NCBI RefSeq assembly: GCF_004010195.1
Contig: NC_057719.1
Span: 57,577,023-57,641,022, forward strand
DNA: 64,000 bases
Source of the DNA: Chiloscyllium plagiosum
Taxonomy: Eukaryota
Direction of reading: 5' to 3'
The position numbers and the translations under genes were made by a program. The stretch's first letter is position 1. The number at the start of each line of letters is the position of its first letter. Shown here piece by piece: positions 52,394 through 63,600 of this stretch. The notes under the pieces were generated by a model. That model did not search any database. It was given only the letters and a program-made list of their open reading frames with translations, and had not been told where the DNA came from.

Positions 52394-53514
52394 ATAAATC
52401 TAGCTGTCAGTGACCAAAGCACATGTGCCAAGTTTGAAACTGAAATTCTTCAGGTCTGCGGTCCAGTTGGAAGCAGAAAGCCCTAAAGGTTTGGAGAAAA
52501 AGTGAGATTCAAGTATCAACCCAAGTATCAATCCTAAACTAAACCAGAAAGTAAAAAGAGGAAGTGCTACTTTATAACTTAGTGCAGTTTCCAGAGTTAC
52601 CTCTCCAAATCATCTCCTGTTGCCTGAATGGCTAAATTGTCAAGCAGTAAAATAAATATGGGGATTAGAGTTTAGATTGCAACTTATAACTTACCCTTAG
52701 CAACAGAACCAGACCTTGACCACTGAAAATCTGTATAGTAGTCCTTGCAATGAGTCCTGCACACTGGCATTAGATACACTGTATTACCATGTACAGATCC
52801 CACCAACTTACTATTTAACACAATCATAATATCAATCTCTGTACTGGAACTATTGATTATTGAGGAGTGGGATAGTTTTCCTCAAAATGATCCTCCTCTT
52901 TTCAGGTGAGGAGATGATGTTATGATTTCAGAAAGACCTAGGGAAATGAATTAGGATGAGACTAAGAAGTTGCATAATGCAAGATAGCTGCAACACTTTA
53001 TAAACTAATACATTTCTCTGAATATGCATCTCCCATTGATTAATGATGTGGTACAAGCAATAGGGAACTCTACATTAAGTACAGGTTTGGGTGATCTACA
53101 ATTTCTCATAGGTCTTCAGCTGGTTCATTCTCATTCTTGTTCTTCTCGTGATTATTCTGCACAGTGTACTATCTTTCAACCTAATCCCTCCCTTCCTGGC
53201 TACAATATCAGCTGACTGTCACAGAGTCAAAGAATAGTTTGCAGCACAGAAGGAGGCCATTCAGTCCATTAGTTTTATGCTGGCCGTCCAAGGAGCAATC
53301 CAGTCAATCTTATTTCCTTGTTCTACCTCCAGAGTCCTGAAAGTTTATTTTCTTCTGGTGCCCATCCTATTTCTGCATGAAATCACTTGCTCATTCTTCT
53401 GAATTTCATTGATTATAGGCTCAAGTTGCTCAATTCATCCTTACAACACAATCCCTTCAATCTAAAAATCAGCCAAATGAATCTTCTTTGAACTGCTTCC
53501 AATACAGGTATTGG

Positions 53515-53640
53515 AGAGTTCTTGTGGTACTGTGGTAATGTCCCTAACTTTGAGGCAGAAGGCCTATCTTCAAATCCCAACACCTCTATGAGTTGTGTAA
53601 TGACATCTCTGAGCAGGTTGATTAGGAAAATAGCTATCCT
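53515..53640 (+). mobile_element. ~120-bp tRNA-derived SINE-like element inserted in an old minus-strand CR1 (53220-53720)
   Basis: tggtactgtgg A-box-like and cttcaaatccc B-box-like. The host CR1 translates LEAVQRRFIWLI. Confidence 0.55.
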
Positions 53641-54129
53641 TGATGAGGTGAATAGCCACAAATGCAGGATTACTTCCCCCTTCACCTCCATATGCCAACT
53701 TTTTGAGATTAAGGCTAATGTTCCAATAGTCTTGTAAATTAACTCCTGTAATTTTGTGTTTTAGGAATATGTTTTTTTTATTTTTCTCCTAGTTTTTCAA
53801 CATTTAGATAAAGCTCAGACTTGGCTTTTTTTTCAGTCCAAAAGTCCAAACATCACACTTCCATCATTGAACCCTTCTGTTTTGATAGCTAATCTACTCT
53901 ATCCATGACTCTTTGTATCTTTCAGTTTCTATCAATGCTACATACTGTGCCATCTTGTTTGGTCTTATCAGGAAACCTGGATGTATAGATCTCTAGTCGT
54001 CCATCTAAGACATAAATAAACTGAACAGCTGACCTTGTATAGATCTATAAGGTAAAGAGAAACTAGGAGCAGGAGTAGGCCCTTTGGCCCCTCAAGCCTG
54101 TTCCACCATTCAATACGATCATGGCTGAT

Positions 54130-54735
54130 TTTTTGATTTGATTTGATTTACTATTCTCACATGTACCTAGGTACAGTGAAAAGTTTTGTTTTGCGTGCAG
54201 TACAGGCAGATCATAACAGACAAAGATCATAGAGCAATACAAAGTTACAGCTGTAAAGCAGGTGCCCAAAAAGCAAAAACAACATTAGATTTGAAATTTG
54301 AAAGGTCCATTCAGAAGTCCAATAACAGCGAGGAAGAAGCTGTTCTTGAACTTGTTGGTATGTGTATTTAAGCTTTTGTATCTTCTGCATGACAGAAGAG
54401 TTCAGAAGAGATTATAAGCAGGGTGACAGGGGTCTTTAATGATGTTGGCTGCCTTTCCAAGGCAGTGAGAAGCATATATGGAGACAATGGATGGGAGGTT
54501 GGCATGTGTGATGAGCTATGTTCACAACTCTCTGTAGTTTCTTCCTGTCCTGGGCAGAGCAGTTGATGTACCAAGCCATATTGCATCCAGACAGAATGCT
54601 TTCTATAGTGCATCTGTAAAAGTTGATGAGAGTGCTTATGGACACGCTGAATTTTCTTAGCTTCCTGAGGAAGAAGAGGCATTATTTGCCTTTTTGACTG
54701 TTACATCAACATGGGTGGTCCAGGACAGATGTTGA
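54130..54735 (-). mobile_element. Rex1/Babar-type non-LTR retrotransposon 3' fragment
   Basis: LINFYRCTIESILSGCNMAWYINCSAQDRKKLQRVV; (aatca)n tail. Confidence 0.8.
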
Positions 54736-55879
54736 GGCTGGTCCTCTCTCCCAGTGCTGTATTCTTGCTTTTTCACTATGCCCCTTGATGCAATAAATAA
54801 CAAAAAAATTATCAATCTCTTTCTTGAATATACTCAGTGACCCAGACCCCAAGCCAGCATCACTAATCATAACCTGCTCAATGGAAGTGCATGCCCATTA
54901 TTCCTGTTCTCTCACTCCCACCTCCTAGCTATTTATTTATTCATGTGAAAAAAGATACCACTGATTCCATTTTTATTTACTCTTGCTTGTGAAACCTTAT
55001 TGAATGCCCAGCAGAATAAGAGGTTTGGAGTTAATGTATGCTTATTGATAAATAAAATGAAGATGTGTAGGGCTTGGGCTGGCAATGCTAGAGAAAAGGT
55101 AACATTAGGAGATTTTGAAAAAAAGCAAGTGTATAGAATATAAAACGGGGAAAGAGTCATGAAAGATCTTGGCGGTTTTGAAAAGTCTAATAATACAGTA
55201 CAAAATTGTACCAGTGGCCAATGTCAATGGATCAAGAAAGTTGTTTTGTAATAAGATTTGGAAGTGGGCAGTGTGACTTTATACTGGATGATGAATTAAG
55301 AATTGCAGAGGATTGAATTATTGAAAGTACTGGAAGTAAAAGATTGCTCTCACTGAAACCAAAGGATAAATAAAGAATAGTACTCACCCTAGTATCTCAG
55401 TGAGATAATTGAAATGCTTCCTGCACAGTATTAAGTTCTAGTGGCTAACATTCCTCATTCTTGGAAACAATAATTTCAAAACCTCTCCCATGCCTAATGG
55501 GCAGAGTGTTTAGTAACCAACCTGGCAGTAGTTTGTCAACCTCCTCATCCTTATCTCTTTCATAAGTACCACCAGAGAGCATTGAAGGCTTACCAATTAC
55601 TCATTTCAGAATTTTTTTTCCCCAGCACTTTGAAAACAAAATAAGCCATAAGGGAGTAGAAGTCTCATCAAGAGGTATATTTCTGCTTTAAGTAGGTCTC
55701 TGGCAGATCCATTGCAAATTTCAGCCTGGAGGTGGATATGTTTTTGGTGGGTCCAGATTCAACGGAAAATCTACCAGTGAGATAATGTCGTAGTTTCGAA
55801 ATTAAAATTAACTCCCACAGGCATTTGATAAAATGCCACACAATTGACTTAAGAACAAAGGTATTGTTCATTTAATAAA

Positions 55880-56660
55880 AAAAACGCAGACAGACAATAT
55901 AACAAAAAGGATACAATTCCAAAGAGGATGCAGGAGCACAGAAACCTAGATTTATAAGTGCATAGGTCAGTAAATGTGGCAGGAAAGGATGATAGCAGTT
56001 AAGAACATAAATAGCACCCTAGACTTAATTAATATGTGTATATAAGCAAGACCTTATGTTAAATTTGTTGAGAATACTGGTAAGGCTCAGTGATGTTTTG
56101 TTTCCAGTCTGGGCACTACAACTGAGGAAGGCTGTGGAGATGTAAGAGAGTGAGAGAGAGAGAAGAAAGGATTCACCAGAATGGTTTCAGGAATGGGAAA
56201 TTTTAGATAATTAGACAGATTACATAGACAAGAGAAGTTGGGGCAGTTTTCTTTGCAGAACAGAAGATTGAGAGTAGATTTTAGAGAGGCATTTAAAATC
56301 GTGAAAGGTCAGAATACAGTAGGTCATGAAAAGGTTAAGTTCCTGTTAGTGGAAGGAGTGAGAACAGGAGACCACAAAATTACGGTAATTGGAAAAAGAA
56401 GCAATGGCACTACAAGGAAACTATTTATTTTCATGCAGTGAGTAGTTTGGATCTGAAATGTACTGCCTGAGTATTTGGTGAAAGTTGGTTCAATTGAGGC
56501 ATCAAGAGGAAATTGAGTTGTTAACTGAAAGGGAAGAATATGCATAGTTACAGAGGCAGCATGGGAGAGTGGTACAAGGTAAATTGCACTTACATTCAGC
56601 TGGCACAGACATGACGAGCCAAATACCTTCCTTCTATGCTGTAACACTTCTACTATTCTG
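55880..56660 (+). mobile_element. Old CR1 3' fragment
   Basis: FSLQNRRLRVDFREAFKIVKG...RTGDHK. Confidence 0.7.
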
Positions 56661-57589
56661 CTTAGCGAAATTAAAATTTGAATTTGGACTTTAAAAAAAT
56701 ATATACTTCAAAGCTGCTTTTGGCTGAACTGGGTGAATTTTTCATTGAATGAAAATTCAGCAATGTTAAACTGATCCAGAATGAAAGTTAAGGTCCTCAA
56801 TTTATTTTAGGAAAACCTTGTACAGTTTAGGCCAATAATTCATTGCTAGTTTTTGAAAGATGGAATATTAAGGACTATTGCATGAAAGGAAGGAAAAGGA
56901 GATAGGACAAGCAGTTGCTTAGTGCCTCACCAACTGAACGTGCTTTGCATTGTTATTTACTGAACTTGTACATCTATTGTTCTATGGGCAAACAATACAG
57001 CCATTCTGTACTGTTACATGTGAAATGCATCATCACTTAGTTTAACTTTTCTGACTATTTTAAAGAAAAATAAGTTAGCTCAGATCCTGAAAATTTCCTG
57101 GTTTTCTTCAGATTGTTAACATTTACTGGAATAAACACACGGAATCTTGGTTTAGCAGTTGCTGTAGCAGAGATGTTTTAATTTGACAGCAGGCATAATT
57201 TAGTCTATGCTAATACTTATGCTTTGCAAGTACCTCCTCCCAATCTCTGCCATCTAAGCCAATCAGCATATCCTTCTATTCTCTTCTATAACATGTACTT
57301 ATATGTAGCTTTGTTCAAGACATCCATATGATTCAGCACAACCACTTAGCGTTGTGGCAAGTTTCATGTCTGCATAAAGAAGTTTCTCCAGAATTCTTAG
57401 TTGGATTTACTAAATACTACCTTATATTTAAGATGCATAGATTTGGATAAGCACTTTGGAAACAGATATCTACTTCTACCATATCCAACTCTATTAAGAA
57501 TAGATCACTCCTCAGCTTTCCTTTTTCTAAATTAGTAAGCTAACCTATTCAAACTGTCAGATTTATTATGGTTAAATTTAAATTTGCTA

Positions 57590-57775
57590 TGAGTATGATA
57601 TAGTTAAATTATACATGTATAATTTCAGTTACATCACACTGTAAATTTTTGCTATAAATTCTGTGTTACGATTGAGCCCTCCACTATTACCTGATGAAGG
57701 AGCGTCGCTCTGAAAGCTAGTGTGCTTCCAATTAAACCTGTTGGACTATAACCTGGTGTTGTGTGATTTTTAATC
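57590..57775 (+). mobile_element. Probable Penelope-like 3' tail (family distinct from those above)
   Basis: Contains the hammerhead motif followed by attaaacctgttggactataacctggtgttgtg. Family assignment is from recall of shark repeats; no coding sequence is present. Confidence 0.5.
57685..57725 (+). ncRNA. Minimal type I hammerhead ribozyme motif (intact core)
   Basis: tac-CTGATGA(57691-57697)-a-GGAGC gtc GCTCT-GAAA(57712-57715)-GC-TA|gtg. Stem I is tac/gtg; stem III is the short self-complementary AGCT. Confidence 0.6.
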
Positions 57776-58189
57776 AAATCCAATGTATCTAGGAAGACGT
57801 AGATCTATGTATTTACATTTTTGCTGCATACACCAGATATATTTCCAAGCACTTTGATGCATTGAAAGTACAGTAAAGTCTTCTTACCAAGGAAAATTAT
57901 TTTGCCATTTTGATCATATCAAAATCACTAATTAATTAATTGGGTACATTGGTTGCAAAAGTTTTAGCTAAAACATCAAGGACATAATTGAATGTTAGCA
58001 TTGGACTTTTAGCATCTCATATGAAAAATGGTACCTTCAATGATGGACCCCATGTTGAGTTTAAGGCTGCATTGAATTTGCTTCATCAATGGATGTTCCT
58101 GCTTAATAAATCTGAAGTGAGGATGTTTGCTGATAATTGTATAATATTCTGTACCATTTGCAAATTCTCAGACTCTGAAGCAATCTATG

Positions 58190-58421
58190 CAAAAGTGAGG
58201 ACTGCAAATGCTGGAAACCAGAGTCTAGATTAGAGTGGTTCTGGAAAAGCTCTGCAGGTCAGGCAGCATTCCAGGAGCAGGAAAATCGACGTTTTGGGCA
58301 CAAACCCTTCATCAGGAATGGCGCCATTCTTGATGAAGGGCTTGGGCCTGAAACATCGATTTTCCTGCTCCTTGGATGCTGGCTGACCTGCTGTGCTTTT
58401 CCAGCACCACTCTAATCTAGA
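58190..58421. mobile_element. Fold-back Penelope-tail mini-element with two opposed degenerate hammerheads and a 15-bp TSD
   Basis: Zero-spacer palindrome centred at 58322/58323 (gaatggc|gccattc). TSD CTGAAGCA(A/G)TCTATG at 58175-58189 and 58422-58436. Confidence 0.85.
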
Positions 58422-58639
58422 CTGAAGCAGTCTATGTCAATATGCAGCAAGATTTGGACAGCATGCTCAGGCTGATAAGAGGGAAGGAATACTTGCACCC
58501 TACAGTTGACAGGCAATGACAATAAAGGCAGCATATCTGCTACTTTGAACATTCTGGGGTTTTCCAATGACAAGAAACTAAGCTGGATCTGCTATATAGA
58601 TATTGTGGCTACACGAGCAGGTCAGAGGTAAATAATTCT

Positions 58640-58923
58640 GATTAGATTAGATTCCCCTTACAGTGTGGAAACAGGCCCTTTGGCCCAACAAGTCCACAAA
58701 GACCCTCCGAAGAATAACCCACCCAGACCCATTTGTTTCTAACTAATGCACCTAACACTATGGGCAATTTACCTGACTTGCACATCTTTCGACTGTGGGA
58801 GGAAACCCACACGGACATGAGGAGAATGTGCAAACTCCACACAGACAGTTGCCCAAGGCTGGAATTGAACCTGGGTCCCTGGTGCTGTGAGGCAGCAGTG
58901 CTAACCATTGAGCCACCGTGCCA
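58640..58923 (-). mobile_element. HE1-type V-SINE, near full length
   Basis: A-box TGGCTCAATGG, B-box GGTTCAATTCC, V-domain, (aatct)n tail. Confidence 0.9.
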
Positions 58924-59247
58924 CAATTCTGTCATGATTGACTTACCTTCTGTCTCCCCAGTGTCTGCATGCTATCTACAAAGTACAAATCTGGAGTGTA
59001 ATGGAATACTCTCCACTGGCCTGGATGAGTCAACCTCCAACAACACTCAAGAAGCTTGATAGCATCCAGGACTTGGCTGCATGCTTGACCGACATCCCAA
59101 CTTTAACATTCACTCTCTTCACCATTGATGTGCTGTGGCAGCAGTGTGTACTCTGCAAGATGTATGGCAGTTATTCACCAAGGTTCCTTCAACAGTGCTT
59201 TCTAAACCAATCACCTCAACAAGGATAGTAAACTTACGGGAAGACCA

Positions 59248-60040
59248 AACTGGAGGCCTGTGACCAGTGGAGTGCCACAAGGATCGGTGCTGGGTCCTCT
59301 ACTTTTTGTCATTTACATAAATGATTTGGATGTGAGCATAAGAGGTACAGTTAGTAAGTTTGCAGATGATACCAACATTGGGGATGTAGTGGAAAGCAGA
59401 GAAGGTACAACATGATCTGGACCAGATGGGCCAATGGGCAGAGAAGTGGCAAATGGAATTTAATTCAGATACATGCGAGGTGCTGCATTTTGGGAAAGCA
59501 AATCTTCATAGGACCTATACACTTAATGGTAAGGTCCTGGGGAGTGTTGCTGAACAAATAGACCCTGGAGTGAAGGNNNNNNNNNNNNNNNNNNNNNNNN
59601 NNNNNNNNNNNNNNNNNNNNNNNNNNNNNNNNNNNNNNNNNNNNNNNNNNNNNNNNNNNNNNNNNNTCGGAGGCTGAGGGGTGATCTTATAGAGGTTTAC
59701 AAAATTATGAGGGGCATGGATAGGGTAAATAGACAAAGTCTTTTCCTTGGGGTGGGGGAGTCCAGAACTGGAGGGCATAGGTTTAGGGTGAGAGGGGAAA
59801 GATATAAAAGAGACCTAAGGGTCAACCTTTTCACACAGAGGATGGTACATGTATTGAATGAGCTGCCAGAGGAAGTGGTGGAGGCTGGTACAATTGCAAC
59901 ATTTAAAAGGCATTTGGATGGGTGTATGAATTAGAAGGGTTTGGAAGGATATGGGCTGGGTTCTGGCAGGTGGGACTAGATTGGGTTGGGATATCTGATT
60001 GGAAGGGTCTGTTTCCATGCTTACATCTCTATGACTCTAT
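59248..60040 (+). mobile_element. CR1/HER1-type 3' fragment with gap
   Basis: SGVPQGSVLGPLLFVIYIND, WQMEFN, RTGGHRFRVRG, and tail. Confidence 0.92.
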
Positions 60041-60290
60041 CACCTGCACGTTCCTCTCTAACTCATTTCTGATCCTAAATTGCTGCTTCATTGTCACTGG
60101 ATTAAAATCTTTGAAATGCCTAACAACATTGTGGATAACCCTTCAGTGGTTCAAGAAGGCAGCTCTCCGCAACCTTCTCCAGAGCATTTAAGGATGGGTA
60201 ATAAACACTGGCCTGACCAGTAATGACCATATCCCATGAAATGGAGGACATTTTCGATAGGGCCCACAATGTGCTTGAGATAGAACCGGA

Positions 60291-60675
60291 AGCATGTACC
60301 TTTCTGAAAATGTAGAAATAAGAGGTCCGCTGCACGTCTGGGAAAGTGTGGCTCTGAGTTGGGGCAAGACTGACTGCAGGTCGAGTAAGTGGCTTTGCAT
60401 GGCTGAAAGCGTGGAGCAGAGGATCCGGAAAGAGAATTGTTGTTGAAGGTTTCGGATTTGTATCGAGCATGTATCCTTCTGAGGATGTAGAAATACAAAT
60501 CCGAAACCTTCAACAATGATTGTCCTTCCGGATCCTCTGCACTCTATCAGCCGGGCACAGCCATCTACAGGACCTGCAGTCAGTCCTGCCCCAGCTCAGA
60601 GCCGCACTTTCCCAAACCTGCAGTGGACCTCTGTATTTCTACATCCTCAGAAGGAAAAATGTTCTACCTGAACAG
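60291..60675. repeat. Large inverted repeat of an unclassified 175-bp monomer
   Basis: 60291-60463 pairs with 60493-60662; the monomer start recurs at 60466; flanked by TAGAACC(G/T)GAAGC direct repeats. Confidence 0.85.
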
Positions 60676-63600
60676 TAGAACCTGAAGCGACAGCCTTGCA
60701 GAGACCATAGTGCTACCACATTCTTTTATCCAGATTTATTTTTGAAAGTCAAAATCTCTAGTACTGCATTTCACTTGTGCAGAATCTTCAAATGTTTAAT
60801 TCCAATTCGTTCCTGGAATCTCCTGTAGAGGAACAGCTATTCAACTACATGAACAACACAAGGGTCTATAAATCTTCCACATTATCGAATCATTGCCTTG
60901 TGTGGACCCTCCCAATGTTTCACACTTGTGAATTCTTGACGGAACTGTGAAATTATGCATTTTTTTTCAAAGGCAATAATATTTGTTGCATATAATTAAT
61001 CAAAAGTACATACGTCGTGCCTCTCGCTAGCTGGGCATTTGAAAAGCATTACATTTCTTTAGCTTCTCAGGGAAGTTTGAAGCGTCATTGTTTCGTTAAA
61101 CGATTGCAGGATTGAACAACAGCGACGAACAAATGGGCAATGAAGATAGTGGCAGAGATTTTGAGAATAAAACTCGCAAGCGTTTAGATTATCTACTGCG
61201 TTCAGTGAAAGAGGGACAGCATTCAATGAAAGACAACTTTACCAATTGAGACTATTTAATACCCAGTTTATAGACACATGCGAAAACAATCGTGTAAATT
61301 CCCGACTGTAACCGTTATCTGAACAAAAATACGTATTTTTTCGTTTCTTCCCATTGTATTATTTGCTATGGTGTAAAGACAACGCTACTATTGCATAAGG
61401 GCAGTGCGTCAAAAATGATCACACTACGAATAGGAACAATTATTTTCTTTGTTTCTTTAAAAGCCATTTGGAGTAACAGATTGTTTTAGATGCGTTAAGT
61501 TTCTCCAAACACCATAATATCTTAACAAGATCACGGATTTCCAAAATAGTATTGTCAACCCATCAAAACCATGTCCTTTGTCTTCATGAAAGTTACAATG
61601 TTTTAAAAGATGCTATTGTGTCCTCCGTAAACCATAAAATTGTCACCGGGGACTGATTAAAAAGTTCTGAATTGAAACACTGCGGAATTTGTCTGCATCC
61701 TATTCAGTCCTGACAATGAGCCTTTCAGCTTAGTTTACAAGAAGGGTTTAATGGTGGTTCTGTTGGAGATTCTCCAAGGCTAACTGCATCCATATGGAAT
61801 ACACGGAGGACATCAGCTGGGACAAAGAGCCCAGGTGACAGCGCCAGCCTCTATCTTTGCCCAGCAGGCAGCAAAGCCAACACAGGGTTCAGATCCTCTG
61901 CAAGTTTCATCAAAATGCACGCCTCCTACATTTCACTTTCTCATACCGACAACTTTCCCTTTTCCTGCTCCTTAATAGTCATTGTGCCGATATAAACTGC
62001 TTAACTTCCTGATGCCTCTCTAGTGAGATTCAAACGCTGCTTTGATTCCTGACGAGATGTGATGACAATGGGTCATTTTGCATGATATTGCCATGGTTGT
62101 TGCAATGCCGTTCGCTCAGTTTGTTTCCTTAGACACTAGTTAAACAACGAAATTATTGATGTGTGCAAAAGTATTTGATAGTACACCGACATAATGCGAT
62201 CGGTTATTCGGTTTTACTTGTCATCCTTCTCATGATATTATCTTGTCCTTTACAGGTATAATGAGGCGATTGTAACAGCAACGTTTCCCTGTACGGAAAC
62301 ACAGACACTGGCGGTGTGGATGGGGAATGGGGATGGGATTAAATCAATCCATAACGTTTAGTCTGAGAGCACTTACCTGAAGTATTGTTGTGTCCAGTTA
62401 AGTGCAGAATACGACTTGGGAAAACAAAGTAAATATGCAGGTGCCCAAAATGGTTCAAATTATGTTCAGAATGCAATGAGCCACAGTCATGAGCGTCCCC
62501 CCCCCCCCCCACGTAACCTTATTATTAGCACTTCAACATTCACGCTATCACATGTTTACTCTAACATATCCCCAAGGTCATCCAATTTCCTGGTTGAATA
62601 TGCCAAATTGGGTTCAGATGAGGTCTTCAGCAAACACAACTTGAAGGCCGACGTGAGAGAAGGCTAACCAGTTTATTTTCCAAACAAGCCATCTGGATAT
62701 CCTGATGGGAAATATTCTTTTTGGAGATCGTTCGAAGCCTCAAATATAAATTTCTCAGTCTCACGCTAGCAGAAGTTTTTAGGATTTCTGAAACTCTCGA
62801 GAGAAAGAATCATGACGATAGGGAGAAGCAACTTTTTTGTAATACAGTGGTAGAACGGACAGGGCTCATCCACTTTACTGGTCAGCAATCTTTCCAAATA
62901 CCATGCCATTGCATTGCAATCTAAGTACGAGCTACAAAATAATTCGGCATTGTTTCACTTTCTTCCTTTACTTGGACGCATCACCTTCGGGAATCTAACA
63001 AAAGTCACCTGTGATAGTGCGCTGTGGTGCTCTGACGAAGATTGTGTTTCGATTTCCTGCGGAGTTAAGCTAATTGAAATGTATACATCATTACGGAATT
63101 CTCCTCAATCTATACCTGCCGCGCTAATTGAAGTTTCGGAATCTTTTTAAAATTGCATAATGAACAATGAAATGACGTATTTTGAACTACTGTAACACTT
63201 TTTCTCATTGTTCCTTATTTCACCTTAAGTTGCCTTCACTAGAAACTTTTCATTCAACTACAGTTCTCAGAAGTGAGCGAAATTTACCTTGTGCTATTAT
63301 ACCATAGTTAGACGTTCACAAATCACGGAACAGAACAGAAATGTTACATTAAGTATTGCTGGTTGGTTTGTTATCTGTTTAATCACCTTTATTCTACAAA
63401 TCAATGAATTGCAATGAGCGTTGTTGGCAAATTGTAGAACTGTTTGTCACCATCACAATTCGCGCGAACAAGTTAATCAAATCCTGTTGCAAAGTTCTTT
63501 GTTAAAATCTAACAATGAGTGAAGAGATTTAAATGTATCCTCGGTTAATGACCAAATAGAAAAGGAGAGAGAATCCCAGAAAATGCGAGCACATCTTTAT

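Larger units (their letters stand above)
58100..60243 (+). mobile_element. Old L2-like LINE (RT to 3' tail) split by three later insertions
   Basis: EVRMFADNCIIF (58100-58189); IYKVQIWSVMEYSPLAWMS...LDSIQ (58925-59220); 3' tail ggttcaagaaggcagctc...ggatgggtaataaacactggcc...atcccatgaa (60040-60243). Confidence 0.75.

Noticed and set aside
57805..58050. Possible DeuSINE/SacSINE-like remnant on the minus strand
   Set aside because: Similarity too decayed to support by eye.
60476..60512. Hammerhead reading CTGAGGA-tgta gaaa taca-aatcc-GAAAC at the centre of the 175-bp fold-back
   Set aside because: It is created by the fold-back junction rather than the monomer, has a 5-nt insertion before GAAA and lacks a convincing stem I; not called.
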